A stretch of 64,000 nucleotides of DNA from a virus. Lineage: Duplodnaviria; Caudoviricetes. The number at the start of each line of letters is the position of its first letter. Positions within the stretch are counted from its first letter, which is position 1. Below are positions 38,011 through 48,695 of the stretch, piece after piece. Position numbers and translations under genes: made by a program. The stretch covers positions 49,116-113,115 of IMG/VR virus record IMGVR_UViG_3300048629_000034, one strand, 5' to 3'. Under the pieces are notes generated by a model. That model saw nothing but the letters and a program-made list of their open reading frames with translations, was not told the DNA's origin and did not search any database.

Positions 38011-38472
38011 ATGAATGATTTATCACACTATCATTATGATAGCAGAGACTACGGTGAAGATGATTATGACTATGTCAAATCTAAAGCAGACGAGATACTA
38101 GAGTCGTGTGACTTTATATATATTATTGGTTCTAGGCAAAGATGGAACGGTACTAGTAATATTACATATATAATAGAACCAATGAGTCTAACTGGAATAT
38201 TTCATGATTTTATAGAAGTGTCTGAATTGGTTCTAAATGTATATGAAAATTCAGTTAAAATTGATAATATACATAATGATGGAACTAATAGATATGAGTT
38301 TATTCCAGTATGTAGCAATAATGCAACAGAAAAGTACCTAGAAGGCATTATCTCATCTTATTCGACTGATTGTATGGATGAATATAAAGAATGGCTTATA
38401 GAGGAAGAGAACCAACACAACAAAGACAAAGACAATATGATTGAATATATCTTATCTGAGTTAATTGAGTAG
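38011..38472 (+). CDS. acidic hypothetical protein
   Basis: AAGGAG RBS; D/E-rich. Confidence 0.7.
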   Translation: MNDLSHYHYDSRDYGEDDYDYVKSKADEILESCDFIYIIGSRQRWNGTSNITYIIEPMSLTGIFHDFIEVSELVLNVYENSVKIDNIHNDGTNRYEFIPVCSNNATEKYLEGIISSYSTDCMDEYKEWLIEEENQHNKDKDNMIEYILSELIE

Positions 38473-38640
38473 GTTAACATCAGGTGCTGGACTACGTCCA
38501 TCAATTCGCTTCGCTCATATCCTGCGGAGCTTTGTCCTTCTGACAGACCAATAGAGGGGAAACAGGGGCTTGCAGCCCCTATCTCCCCTGTTTTGGATTT
38601 TCACCCCTCAACCCCAGCTATTGTTATACAGGAATTATGG

Positions 38641-38823
38641 AATCGCACAAAGTATATATATTATATAAAGAGCGATTTGTATAAATGATCAAAATATTAC
38701 AAATCATAAAATCATAAACAGCACATTAATGTGCGATTTATCAATTATTTTTAGCACATATGTGTGATTTATGTAAAATATCGCACATATTTAAGTCAAC
38801 TTTAAGTAGTTTACTTGTATAAT
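38641..38823 (+). promoter_or_regulatory. operator-like AATCGCACA repeats/palindromes plus Campylobacterota-type promoter
   Basis: AATCGCACA-type copies at 38641, 38730, 38761, 38780; palindrome GCACATTAATGTGC at 38721-38734; TTAAGT..TATAAT (38818-38823). Confidence 0.6.
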
Positions 38824-38860
38824 TCTTATGTAGACAAAACAACACAAAAAAGGAATTAAT

Positions 38861-39640
38861 ATGACATTTAAAAATGGAGTCAAAATATTAGAACAGAATA
38901 AATCATTTGAAATAAATGAAGAGCTAGCAGGTGTAGTACCAATGGCGCTACCCGATGATCAGTTAGCATTAAACCATGATATAGCGGTAAATGGACAATT
39001 AGACCCAATTATATTATGGAGAGGAAAAATTGTTGACGGTAGATGTCGTCAAAAGGCATGTTTATCTTGTAATGAAAGAATTAAATATAAAGAATTAGTA
39101 GATGAAATGACAGAAGATGAAGTTAAGTCATTTGTAAAATCAGTAAACACTAGAAGAAATTTAACTATGACACAGAAAGTAATTGTAGCATTAAGGGATT
39201 ACTTAGACAAAAAAAACACTGGCAAAAAAGGAGTATCGTTTCCTAAGATAGCAAAAGAATGGGGAGTGAGCGCCAATATAGTAAAAAATGCAAAATACAT
39301 TAGTGAGCATATGCCAGAGCTATTAGAACCATTATTTAATGGACAATCTGTTTCTATAGAAAATTCAAGTGGAAAAGAGATAAAGACAACCAAAATAACT
39401 AGCATATATGCATATATTAGAAAAATAAACGAAAACGCTACATTAAATGATATTCATGCTTGGGATGAAGATTCTTACATACTTACTCAAGAAGGTAAGG
39501 AATGGTACTATAAGCAATTAAAATTATGCGGATTAACAGACGTACCACTACAAATAAAAATGAATTATGCGGAATTAGCTAATTATAAATTCCATAGCAA
39601 ACTAAATAGCTTAACTGGTGAAATAATATGTCAAAATTAA
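38861..39640 (+). CDS. ParB/Srx N-terminal domain + HTH protein
   Basis: DIAVNGQLDPI..IVDGRCRQKAC..N.RRNLT..QK. Confidence 0.85.
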   Translation: MTFKNGVKILEQNKSFEINEELAGVVPMALPDDQLALNHDIAVNGQLDPIILWRGKIVDGRCRQKACLSCNERIKYKELVDEMTEDEVKSFVKSVNTRRNLTMTQKVIVALRDYLDKKNTGKKGVSFPKIAKEWGVSANIVKNAKYISEHMPELLEPLFNGQSVSIENSSGKEIKTTKITSIYAYIRKINENATLNDIHAWDEDSYILTQEGKEWYYKQLKLCGLTDVPLQIKMNYAELANYKFHSKLNSLTGEIICQN

Positions 39641-40416
39641 CTAAAATCACAGAACTAAAAAAAGATAGTAAAGGAGCGTTAGTAGTAAAAACTTATAAGA
39701 CATATTACACAATATATAGGATACTTTTTGTTGATGAAACAATGTACATAGGCAAAACATTGAACATAAAAGAAAGACAAAATACGCACAATAATAAATG
39801 GGGAAAAAATCAAATAAAATCATTTAAAATTTTATTCGGAAAAGAAGAAGATTCATCAAAAGAAAAGAAAATGATAATCAGATATATAGATAAATTTGGA
39901 AAAGAAAACATAAGAAATATAAATATTAATCCACAAACAACAATAGCACCTGAAGAGTTAAAAACATTTCCTATATGGGAACATGAAACAGCATCTCAAC
40001 TTGCTATACGAGCATGGTATTATTATATTGAACCTACAAATACGTGTACAATGGCAGAAGCTGCAAAGAAATTTGGAGCTTCAATAGCAAACATTAAACG
40101 TGCAAACAAAATAGGTGGAACGAAATCAAAACATTTTAAGAGACCAGATATTCTTGACATGATTTTTCATGGAGAAAAATTTACGATAGAGCATACTAAA
40201 ACAGACTCTTTAGCTACGATTCAAAATTTCCTAGAACAACAATACCTTGACAGAAAAAGTGAAGAGACAGGAATAAAGTTATCAGAAGACAACTTGTCAG
40301 AAACAGAAGAAGAATTTGTCACAGCAATATTCTTAAAAGTATCAAAAGAATCAATAAGAGTACAAAAAGCAATAGCAAAAAGAATTTACTCGTCATCAAT
40401 TAAATCTGAAGACTAA
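39628..40416 (+). CDS. GIY-YIG domain + HTH protein
   Basis: IYRI..MYIGKT..IKERQ..H..E; C-terminal half homologous to the HTH part of the ParB-like proteins. Confidence 0.7.
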   Translation: MSKLTKITELKKDSKGALVVKTYKTYYTIYRILFVDETMYIGKTLNIKERQNTHNNKWGKNQIKSFKILFGKEEDSSKEKKMIIRYIDKFGKENIRNININPQTTIAPEELKTFPIWEHETASQLAIRAWYYYIEPTNTCTMAEAAKKFGASIANIKRANKIGGTKSKHFKRPDILDMIFHGEKFTIEHTKTDSLATIQNFLEQQYLDRKSEETGIKLSEDNLSETEEEFVTAIFLKVSKESIRVQKAIAKRIYSSSIKSED

Positions 40417-40480
40417 ATAACACTTAGAACCAAACAATACTGACTAATAGCATATGTTTGGTTCTACACAATAAAGGAGA

Positions 40481-40726
40481 ATGAATATGACTAAGAGAGA
40501 ATTATTTAATGACATACATGAATTTGATTGCATGAACAACTCATCAATATATGGACTAGTACACGATATAGTGGATAGAACAATTGATTACTGTAAATCA
40601 CAGACTTGTAGTAATTGCAATTGGTATCATACTGAAGTATGCTGTAACGACAGTAGCCCATTATGCGCAGATTTTGTAGATGAGAATTATGGGTGTAATT
40701 TATGGGAACAAGTAAAGGAGAAATAA
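40481..40726 (+). CDS. small Cys-rich protein
   Basis: CSNC..CC..C..C. Confidence 0.6.
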   Translation: MNMTKRELFNDIHEFDCMNNSSIYGLVHDIVDRTIDYCKSQTCSNCNWYHTEVCCNDSSPLCADFVDENYGCNLWEQVKEK

Positions 40727-40860
40727 ATGACACGAGTACTAGATAAATTAATTGATAAGCTAATACAACTTAACAACTATTTGAAGAGAAAGTATCCAGA
40801 CAAAGACAAGCAAGCAAGAGGCAAGAAAATATTATTAGATATGATAGAGGAGATGCAAAA

Positions 40861-41061
40861 ATGATAGAAATGTATGCAAATATAGTAATGGAATCGGTAT
40901 CGATATTATTAAAATTTATAAAATATGCAATATATATTATGTTCTTTGCTTATATGATTTGGTTCTCGTTCATATACAGATTCGAACATACAAAACTTAC
41001 TGAGACAGAATTACTAAGTGATTTTATCTCAATACCAATAAACAAATTAAAGGCGAAATAA
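40861..41061 (+). CDS. small membrane protein
   Basis: hydrophobic segment. Confidence 0.5.
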   Translation: MIEMYANIVMESVSILLKFIKYAIYIMFFAYMIWFSFIYRFEHTKLTETELLSDFISIPINKLKAK

Positions 41062-41414
41062 TGAATATTTTTACTAAAATAATAAATTGTATAGCACCAA
41101 AACAATTAGATACTGAAATAAAATACACACCATCGAATAAATTTAAATTAACAATAACTTCGAATGGATCAATAAGAATTAAAATTCCTGAAGGGATGAA
41201 TTCAAATCAAGAGAGAGTTTGGGTTGAGCGTTGTAAATCAATTGGACAACACTTCTTAAAACATCCATTTGAATACACATTACGAACAGATGCTCGAATT
41301 CCTATGTCTGATATGGTATTAAGAACCAGTGATAAACATCGACAGTTTTTGGTTCGAAATCACAAAGTAACATTAATTGATAAGAAGGAGAAAATAAAAT
41401 GGAAAGAAAATTAG
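41061..41414 (+). CDS. hypothetical protein
   Basis: ORF in operon. Confidence 0.6.
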   Translation: MNIFTKIINCIAPKQLDTEIKYTPSNKFKLTITSNGSIRIKIPEGMNSNQERVWVERCKSIGQHFLKHPFEYTLRTDARIPMSDMVLRTSDKHRQFLVRNHKVTLIDKKEKIKWKEN

Positions 41415-42508
41415 CAAGTGTTCAAATAATAAAAGAAATCAGACCAATTCCAGGAGCAGATGCAATTGAATTATGCATTGTGAAGGGTTGGCAATGTGTA
41501 TCAAAAAAGGGAGAATTTAAAGTTGGAGACACATGTGTTTATTTCGAAATTGATTCTTTTTTACCAATTGAGGATAAATATGAATTCTTGAGAAAATCAT
41601 CATATAAATCTATAAAAAGACCAGATGATTCTATTATGGAAGAAGGTTTTAGATTAAAAACAATTAAATTAAGAGGACAAATTTCTCAGGGTTTAGTTTT
41701 ACCTATTGATATATTAGAGCTTGGTGGGAATGATACTGAATTTCAAATAGGAGAAAATGTTACTGAAAAACTTAATGTAACTAAATATGACCCACCTCTT
41801 CCAGCTCAACTAACAGGCCAAGTTAAAGGAAATTTTCCAAGTTATATTAAAAAAACAGATCAAGAAAGAATCCAAAATATTTTTGATGAATTAAAAGAAA
41901 CAGATAACGACACAGAGTGGGAGGTTTCTATTAAATTAGATGGAACTTCTTGTACCTACTTTATTGTAGACCCTGAAGATTTAGATAAATACGATTGTAA
42001 AATTAATTTAGAAGACCCAAAAGAAGTTGAGGAATCAAGAAGATTTGGATATGTTGGTCATTGTAGTAGAAACCTTGAAACAAAAGACACAGGATCAACT
42101 CCTTGGAAAATAGGAAGACCTATTTTAGATTCATTACAGTCTGAATTTTTTGGAAGTTTTGCTATTCAAGGTGAACTTATTGGATCTGGTATTCAAAAAA
42201 ATAATGAAGGATTAAAAAACCAAGAATTTTATTGTTTTGATATTTGGGATATAGATAAACAAGAATATATGAGTAAAGAACGTCGAGACAAAATTTGTAA
42301 CAGTTGCACGACTTTATCTATTAAACAGGTTCCAATTTTAGGTATTCATAAATTATCAGAATTTGATACAATTGAAGATATTTTGGCGTTTGCTGATGGA
42401 CCAAGTTTAAATCCTAATTCTAAAAGAGAAGGTGTTGTGTTTAAGAGTCTAGATGGTAAAAAATCATTTAAGGTTATTAGCAATAAATGGTTACTGAAAA
42501 ATGATTAA
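41399..42508 (+). CDS. RNA ligase, DRB0094 family
   Basis: RKLAS..I.GADAIE OB-fold N-terminus, KTDQERIQN, KLDGTS, QGELIG, FDIWD, REGVVFK, FKVISN. Confidence 0.9.
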   Translation: MERKLASVQIIKEIRPIPGADAIELCIVKGWQCVSKKGEFKVGDTCVYFEIDSFLPIEDKYEFLRKSSYKSIKRPDDSIMEEGFRLKTIKLRGQISQGLVLPIDILELGGNDTEFQIGENVTEKLNVTKYDPPLPAQLTGQVKGNFPSYIKKTDQERIQNIFDELKETDNDTEWEVSIKLDGTSCTYFIVDPEDLDKYDCKINLEDPKEVEESRRFGYVGHCSRNLETKDTGSTPWKIGRPILDSLQSEFFGSFAIQGELIGSGIQKNNEGLKNQEFYCFDIWDIDKQEYMSKERRDKICNSCTTLSIKQVPILGIHKLSEFDTIEDILAFADGPSLNPNSKREGVVFKSLDGKKSFKVISNKWLLKND

Positions 42509-42737
42509 AATATTTTTAACATTGATGTTCTGTGTATCTTTATATGCAGAACAAACAACAATACATTTAAATAAAAATTACTATGCTAAAGATATATCAT
42601 CTTTTGGATTTTCCAATGATTACTATAAGTTAATATGTATAAATAATATAATATATATTGATGGTATTAGACAATTAGCGGTATATATTGATTACAGAAC
42701 ACTAAAACCCGTTAGATGTAATTTAAAGGAGAAATAA
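42501..42737 (+). CDS. small secreted protein
   Basis: signal peptide; Cys pair. Confidence 0.55.
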   Translation: MIKIFLTLMFCVSLYAEQTTIHLNKNYYAKDISSFGFSNDYYKLICINNIIYIDGIRQLAVYIDYRTLKPVRCNLKEK

Positions 42738-43106
42738 ATGAATATTAGTAAAGAATTATTATGTGAGATATCGGATATTGAAAAAAGTACAATACAAAAA
42801 ATTCACTTTGAAGATAATCAAATAGTTGTGAATTGTAGTAGATTCGATAGTACCGGAGTTACTGGAAATCATTGGACAAGACGTATCAACATATATGAAT
42901 TACAACATAAAATTAAAGAGTGGGCTTTTAAAAACGGATACAATGTTTTATCTGGATATGACCAAGATGATAATATATGGGCATTAATTAACCATATCTA
43001 TGGTGAAGGTGGGTGTCAAGCTCAAGAAGAATTTAATGCTCCAACTGAATTTGAAGCAGTCGTTAAAGCTGCAGACTATATTTTAGAGAAACTACAGGAA
43101 AAATAA
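42738..43106 (+). CDS. hypothetical protein
   Basis: AAGGAG RBS. Confidence 0.7.
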   Translation: MNISKELLCEISDIEKSTIQKIHFEDNQIVVNCSRFDSTGVTGNHWTRRINIYELQHKIKEWAFKNGYNVLSGYDQDDNIWALINHIYGEGGCQAQEEFNAPTEFEAVVKAADYILEKLQEK

Positions 43107-43107
43107 A

Positions 43108-43308
43108 ATGGAAACTAAATGTCCCAACTGTAAACAATATCAAGAACTAAATAATCACAAAATAAAAAAAGCTGCAAAGTTAAACGAAGTAAAACAATTT
43201 TCTTGTGACAACTGTGGATTTTCAACAAGAATAATGTGCAAAATACAAGAAAAAGATAGAATTGTTGTATTTTATGCAATGTCAGATATCGAAATCAAAC
43301 AAAATTAA
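43108..43308 (+). CDS. zinc-ribbon protein
   Basis: CPNC...CDNC. Confidence 0.6.
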   Translation: METKCPNCKQYQELNNHKIKKAAKLNEVKQFSCDNCGFSTRIMCKIQEKDRIVVFYAMSDIEIKQN

Positions 43309-43322
43309 AAGGAGACACAAAG

Positions 43323-43559
43323 ATGATAATTAATTTTAAACAAGTAGGTGGATCTTCACATGATTTCATGAATGATGTTGCAAACAAACTAGGTACAGAA
43401 CCAACATATGAAAATCTAGAGAGGTATTTATCTTGGTATGAGGATGGAGATACAATGGTATATACATTTAAAGCAGTATTGATCTCTAGTAAAGAGGAAC
43501 AATCTAGACTAGACAATATTGACTTAGTTGACAGAATAAAGGAGATATCAAATGACTGA
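43323..43559 (+). CDS. hypothetical protein
   Basis: AAGGAG RBS. Confidence 0.6.
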   Translation: MIINFKQVGGSSHDFMNDVANKLGTEPTYENLERYLSWYEDGDTMVYTFKAVLISSKEEQSRLDNIDLVDRIKEISND

Positions 43560-43764
43560 TACAGATGCAAATACACATGCAATGAATGAGTACTTAAACA
43601 AACAACAGGAACGAGAAGAAGCTTTTGATAATCTATTAAGTGAAACTCTGTCGGACAGAATACAACTAGAGGGCATAATTGAAGAAATTAAACTTACAGC
43701 TAAAGACTATAGTGGATATGACTTCACAGAAGACATAGAAGAGATGATAAAGGATATGTTGTAA
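43552..43764 (+). CDS. acidic hypothetical protein
   Basis: AAGGAG RBS. Confidence 0.6.
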   Translation: MTDTDANTHAMNEYLNKQQEREEAFDNLLSETLSDRIQLEGIIEEIKLTAKDYSGYDFTEDIEEMIKDML

Positions 43765-43802
43765 CGCATAAGCAGACATATTAAACAAGAAAGGAGAACA
43801 GT

Positions 43803-45917
43803 ATGAAAATACAGGCAATGATAGATGAACTATGCACTATGGGTAAACGAAAGAATGATCCATTAATGATTGAAACAATATTATATTACTTTGGTTCTAT
43901 TATGTTAAATAAGTATAAGCTCCGTAAGGGATTACCTGGAATGAAGCCATATGTGCGTTATTATACAGTATTTTTTGGAAACTCAGGATTAGGAAAATCA
44001 TTTAATACTAAGCAAATAGAGAAACTGTGTGGATTAAATACATACAGCGAACTTATGCATAATTCATTTATATCTAAACTACAGAAGATGCCAGACAGAC
44101 CAGACGGAATTGAAACTACTATGCGATACATACCTAAATCAGTTACAATTGGTCTTGAGGGATCTAAAGAGGGATTATTCAGTGTTGTTGAAGCTCAGGC
44201 TTTTAGTGACTTTGGTTCGTTGAATCTTATATCCGAGGAGTTTGGAGAGGCCGTATCATCATCATCAGAAATGATGTCTAAACTGAAGCAATTATATGAT
44301 ACTGAATATCAAGCGAAAGTTGTAAAAGGTAATAGCGAAACTGGAGGAATGAATCACGATGTAAACAATATTATATGTAACTTTATGGGACTTGGATCTA
44401 GAGAAGGATTTGATGTAGAAGCAGAAAAGGAATTATATAGAATAGTAACATCTGGATTGTATAGACGATCAATTATTATTGAATCTAACTTGTATGTTGA
44501 GAAGAACGAATTCGAAACAGATTTCGTGAAGACAGCACTATGGATTGAAGACATAAATAAGATATTCAGAGAAGATGCAATTGCTAGAGTAGATTCATCT
44601 ACAAATTATATGATGGATCGAGAATTTGACTATGAAAATGACTATATTGACTATATAGAGCAAATAGATGATGCACTAGTTGATGATGCGGTAGATGATA
44701 GACTAAATAAATTTAAGCAGTATTCAACTGGATCTCTCGAATTAATTATTGATATATCTCATATCATTGCATTCTATGAGGGCAAGCTTGTTGTTACATC
44801 TGACCATCTGGCTCAAGCATATAATTTCTTTACTCGAACCAGAGAGACTGTAATCGATACGTTCTCGCCTAAACTACCGTATAAGCTAATGTATGAACTT
44901 CTGAAGAAGAAGAATAATCTAACCGTATCTGAGATGTGTGAATTAGAACCAAATATACCATCAGCAGCAACTAAAATCAAAGACAACTTATCTTTATTGG
45001 ATGAATTATGTTATAGACGTGATGAAGTGTTGGTTCGGCATGAAGGAAAAGTATTACGATTCTCTATTGAACCATTACCTGAGACAGACTTAAATAAACT
45101 TAGGATATCTGTATCAAACGATGGAAAGATGGAGAAAGCAGTTAATTTTGTACCATATGAAATCAATTGGAGCGACCTAAAGAAAGTATGTATATCTGAA
45201 AATATTGATTCATTTTGTTTGTGTCACTTTGATGATAGTGCACAAGCTCCAGATGGACACCGTAAGCGTGACAAATTCATCGAAGGACAGAATGTTATAG
45301 CATTTGATATAGACGACGATAAGCTATCTATAAAGGACGCTCAGGCACTATTGCATGAATACACTTACTTCATTTATACAACTAAGTCTCACCAGAAGGA
45401 GAAGACTGGAGCTGCAGCATGTGACCGATACAGAATTGTAATTCCTACAAAGAACCAATTCTATGTGTCACCTGAAGCACACAAGCAGCTATATATCAAT
45501 CTAGAGGAGTTTTTGTGCATACACAATAATGATACACAAACACGAAATGTAAGTAGACTTTGGTTCACTAATTCAAACAATTCGCAGACGTTCGAAAACT
45601 CTGGTGAACTATTTGATGTGACACCATTTATACCTGATACGGATAAGTCTGATAAGTTCAAACAAACCTTTAATCAAGCAACTTCTAACGTTGATTTTGA
45701 TACAATGGACATACGAGAAGCTGGAATGCTTAAGTGGTTTATAGCCAACACATCAAATGGAAATCGACATCACAATTTAACCAAATTGTACTACTTTTAT
45801 CGTGACCTTGGATCTAACAATATCGATCAGAAGGTAGCAAATGCAAATGCATTATTATCGGAACCAATGAATGATAGAGATATGAAAAATATATATTCAA
45901 TAGGGAGAAAATCATAA
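43803..45917 (+). CDS. N4 gp43-like primase: N-terminal P-loop ATPase + C-terminal AEP primase/PriCT
   Basis: GNSGLGKS; IAFDIDD, YTTKSH, RYRIVIP, GNRHHNL. Confidence 0.8.
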   Translation: MKIQAMIDELCTMGKRKNDPLMIETILYYFGSIMLNKYKLRKGLPGMKPYVRYYTVFFGNSGLGKSFNTKQIEKLCGLNTYSELMHNSFISKLQKMPDRPDGIETTMRYIPKSVTIGLEGSKEGLFSVVEAQAFSDFGSLNLISEEFGEAVSSSSEMMSKLKQLYDTEYQAKVVKGNSETGGMNHDVNNIICNFMGLGSREGFDVEAEKELYRIVTSGLYRRSIIIESNLYVEKNEFETDFVKTALWIEDINKIFREDAIARVDSSTNYMMDREFDYENDYIDYIEQIDDALVDDAVDDRLNKFKQYSTGSLELIIDISHIIAFYEGKLVVTSDHLAQAYNFFTRTRETVIDTFSPKLPYKLMYELLKKKNNLTVSEMCELEPNIPSAATKIKDNLSLLDELCYRRDEVLVRHEGKVLRFSIEPLPETDLNKLRISVSNDGKMEKAVNFVPYEINWSDLKKVCISENIDSFCLCHFDDSAQAPDGHRKRDKFIEGQNVIAFDIDDDKLSIKDAQALLHEYTYFIYTTKSHQKEKTGAAACDRYRIVIPTKNQFYVSPEAHKQLYINLEEFLCIHNNDTQTRNVSRLWFTNSNNSQTFENSGELFDVTPFIPDTDKSDKFKQTFNQATSNVDFDTMDIREAGMLKWFIANTSNGNRHHNLTKLYYFYRDLGSNNIDQKVANANALLSEPMNDRDMKNIYSIGRKS

Positions 45918-46151
45918 ATGAATTTAAGCGAACTACTTGTATTCATAATGTTAATAGTTATGATGATACTACTAACTGGATGTGGATACGATAGAAACGA
46001 AGATGGAGTATATATGACTAGTTTTAATGCTAATCGTAGAATATGTGTAGACGGCTTTACATATGTAGAACTAGCGAGAGGAATAACGGTTGTGCTAGAT
46101 AAGACTGGACATACAATTCCATGCTCGATGATACCAAAAAAAGGAGAATAA
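45918..46151 (+). CDS. putative lipoprotein
   Basis: hydrophobic leader + LTGC lipobox. Confidence 0.65.
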   Translation: MNLSELLVFIMLIVMMILLTGCGYDRNEDGVYMTSFNANRRICVDGFTYVELARGITVVLDKTGHTIPCSMIPKKGE

Positions 46152-46152
46152 A

Positions 46153-46407
46153 ATGAAGAAAATATTAATAGTATCACTATTAAGTGCAGGAGCATATGCG
46201 GGAAACTTATTTAGTACAATAAGTGGAATGGGTATGGAAGAAGTTAAAACTAATTCTTATACAATTGATACAGTGGGTATTAATCCTAGAGTTTATCAAT
46301 TTAATCCGAAAGACAATAAAGATTATTTATGCGTTATTGTCTTTCCAAATAGTGATGGTGAACATACAGCAGCTGTGCCAGCGATGCAATGTTTTAAAGT
46401 TAAATAA
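46153..46407 (+). CDS. small secreted protein
   Basis: signal peptide MKKILIVSLLSAGAYA. Confidence 0.65.
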   Translation: MKKILIVSLLSAGAYAGNLFSTISGMGMEEVKTNSYTIDTVGINPRVYQFNPKDNKDYLCVIVFPNSDGEHTAAVPAMQCFKVK

Positions 46408-46600
46408 TGATTGGCATAATGGATGGACTAGTATATATGGTTCTATTGACTGGATGGCTGCTTGGAATAGTAGTATCAACTGGTTTTTGGTCAGTGTTAT
46501 TTGCTGTTACAGTACCACCATATGCTATATATTTAGTAATAGAGCGTGTTGTACTTAAGTACGGATTATTATAAATAAAAACAAATAAAAAGGAATTAAA

Positions 46601-47281
46601 ATGGCAATACAGCTACATAAAGCAGGAGACACTGCAAACAAACAAATAAAATTACTTTTATGGGGGGCATCTGGCTGTGGAAAAACTAGATTCTCAACTG
46701 GATTTGATGATGGATTTGTAATCGATTATGAATCAGGAACAGCATCAGCGGCAAATAAGGATATTACAGTATATAATGCTAAGACTGCTAGAAACTTTAC
46801 TGAAGCAATAGAGCATATGATTGAGAATGAATCTGAATATTCAACTGTAATTGTTGATTCTCTTACCGTGTATGGGGAGAAGTTATTCTTGGCTCTTAAG
46901 CAAATGTACCCAGAAAAGAAGGACGGAATGAACCTTTGGAGCGATTTTGACTACCATTTGAGACAAAAGCATGATGAATTATTAAACCTAAACCAAGATA
47001 TCATCACAATCACGCTAGAGGAGAATATCATCGAGAATATGGTTGCAAAGAAATTCTTAATGTTAAAAGCGAAGAAATTTAAAGAAACTATTCCTGCACA
47101 ATATGACCTTGTTGGATATATTGGATTTAATGACGAAGGTAAACGGTTCATTGATTTCAAAGGAACAGATGAAAGAATAGGAAAAAATAGATATTCTGAT
47201 ATCGGACTACCTGATTTAATCACTGAAGATGATGAATTATTTTCAGCTAAAGCAATCTTTGAATTTATTCGAAGTAAATAA
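46601..47281 (+). CDS. AAA_24/Sak4-like ATPase (N4 gp44-like)
   Basis: WGASGCGKT, IDYESG, VIVDSLT, YDLVGY, GKNR. Confidence 0.85.
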   Translation: MAIQLHKAGDTANKQIKLLLWGASGCGKTRFSTGFDDGFVIDYESGTASAANKDITVYNAKTARNFTEAIEHMIENESEYSTVIVDSLTVYGEKLFLALKQMYPEKKDGMNLWSDFDYHLRQKHDELLNLNQDIITITLEENIIENMVAKKFLMLKAKKFKETIPAQYDLVGYIGFNDEGKRFIDFKGTDERIGKNRYSDIGLPDLITEDDELFSAKAIFEFIRSK

Positions 47282-47441
47282 AAGTAAACACTTTGGCTAT
47301 ATGCAAATGTATATGTAAGTCCAAAGATTAAATTATGAACTGATTGTTAGTATCATTGGTTCTAGACAAAGTAGTACAGCGTCGCAGAGTTAATCTTTGC
47401 AATATATACGTGCAACCAAGCACACAACTAAAGGAGAAAAA

Positions 47442-48068
47442 ATGGGAATTTTAGGAACATTAAATATTAATAAGAACGAAGTAGCAGATCAAGAAGTATT
47501 TGCAGGTAATGGTGGAGTATGGGAATCTAACTTATATGATGTAATCGTACAAGAAGCATATTTATTCAAAACTCAGAATGGATTAACTAAATTACAAATT
47601 AAAGTAGGCGACACTACAACTGAAGATAAATCAACATTTGAGGGTATCTTATTACTTGATGCAGATGGTAATCCATATAAAGCTAAACAAGGTGGATGGA
47701 CTTCTACTGATAAATTAACTCATCTAATTACTGCTTGTGGACTTGAAGATTCAGACCAAAAAGAAGGCGTAATTAAAATGGGCGACAATGAAGTTAAGGT
47801 TATCATTCTATCTGATGTAGTAGGTAAGCAATTAACAGTAGGTGTAAGAAAATGTGAAGATGACTATAAAGAAACTGTACCTTATATTAATGCATTTGAG
47901 CAATTCTTCACTAAAGGATACGCAAATAATCCAGCAGAGAAAGAAAGAGCAGATGCATTCTTGGAGATGATTAAGAAAGCTCCAATTAAGAAAAAGAAAG
48001 CTAAAAAAGCATCTGCAGGTACAACTGACGCATCTTCAGCACAAGCAGATATCAAGAATTTATTATAA
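47442..48068 (+). CDS. single-stranded DNA-binding protein (N4 gp45-like)
   Basis: position after Sak4/AAA; GGVWES.LY.V.V.EAY; start at ATG 47442 with AAGGAG RBS. Confidence 0.6.
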   Translation: MGILGTLNINKNEVADQEVFAGNGGVWESNLYDVIVQEAYLFKTQNGLTKLQIKVGDTTTEDKSTFEGILLLDADGNPYKAKQGGWTSTDKLTHLITACGLEDSDQKEGVIKMGDNEVKVIILSDVVGKQLTVGVRKCEDDYKETVPYINAFEQFFTKGYANNPAEKERADAFLEMIKKAPIKKKKAKKASAGTTDASSAQADIKNLL

Positions 48069-48086
48069 TACAAAAAAAGGATTACT

Positions 48087-48695
48087 ATGGATGGACATTC
48101 AAGTATGATACAAAGGAGTAGTCCGCATCCATTAATTTTGGGTGTGGATATTTAAGTTGGATTATCTGGAGGTATATCTGATGGGGAAACTCATTGGGAT
48201 ATGCCTACAACCAAAGTATTAATTAAGGAAGCTGTAACTGTATTGGATCTTGATAACAAAGGCAAGAAGCAGATATATAAGTCAGGTAAGCATAAAGGCT
48301 ATCCTAAGATGAAAATCAAGTCTCCTGCTAAGTATCGAACAGAAATTGACATACACAAACTATGCGATATATTTAACAAGTATGACACTATCTGTATCGA
48401 GTCGCAGGGAGCAACTGTAGGTAATTCAGCCAGAAGTAGTCGTACTACATCATTCAATGCAGGAATAATCCATGCGGTAGCTACTATGTGTAATTTAACT
48501 ATACATTATGTAGCTCCACATAAATGGAAGAAGGATTTGCGGTTATCTAAAGATAAACTTCAATCAATTGAATTGGCTGAGGAATTATCTGGAAGTACAT
48601 TTAGAACCAATAGAGGCAGACTTGAAGATGGTAAAGCTGAAGCATATCTGATTAGGCATTGGTTCTTAAATCACAAGGAGATAGACGATGATTAG
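48087..48695 (+). pseudogene. ruvC: RuvC-like Holliday junction resolvase interrupted by in-frame TAA at 48153-48155
   Basis: ILGVD-I-*-VGLSGG, then IESQ, P..WKK, DGKAEAYLI; ATG 48087 with AAGGA RBS is in frame with the 48201 ORF. Confidence 0.75.

Noticed and set aside
48153-48155. Stop-codon reassignment explaining the TAA in ruvC
   Set aside because: TAA is the normal terminator of most genes here and long genes are uninterrupted under code 11
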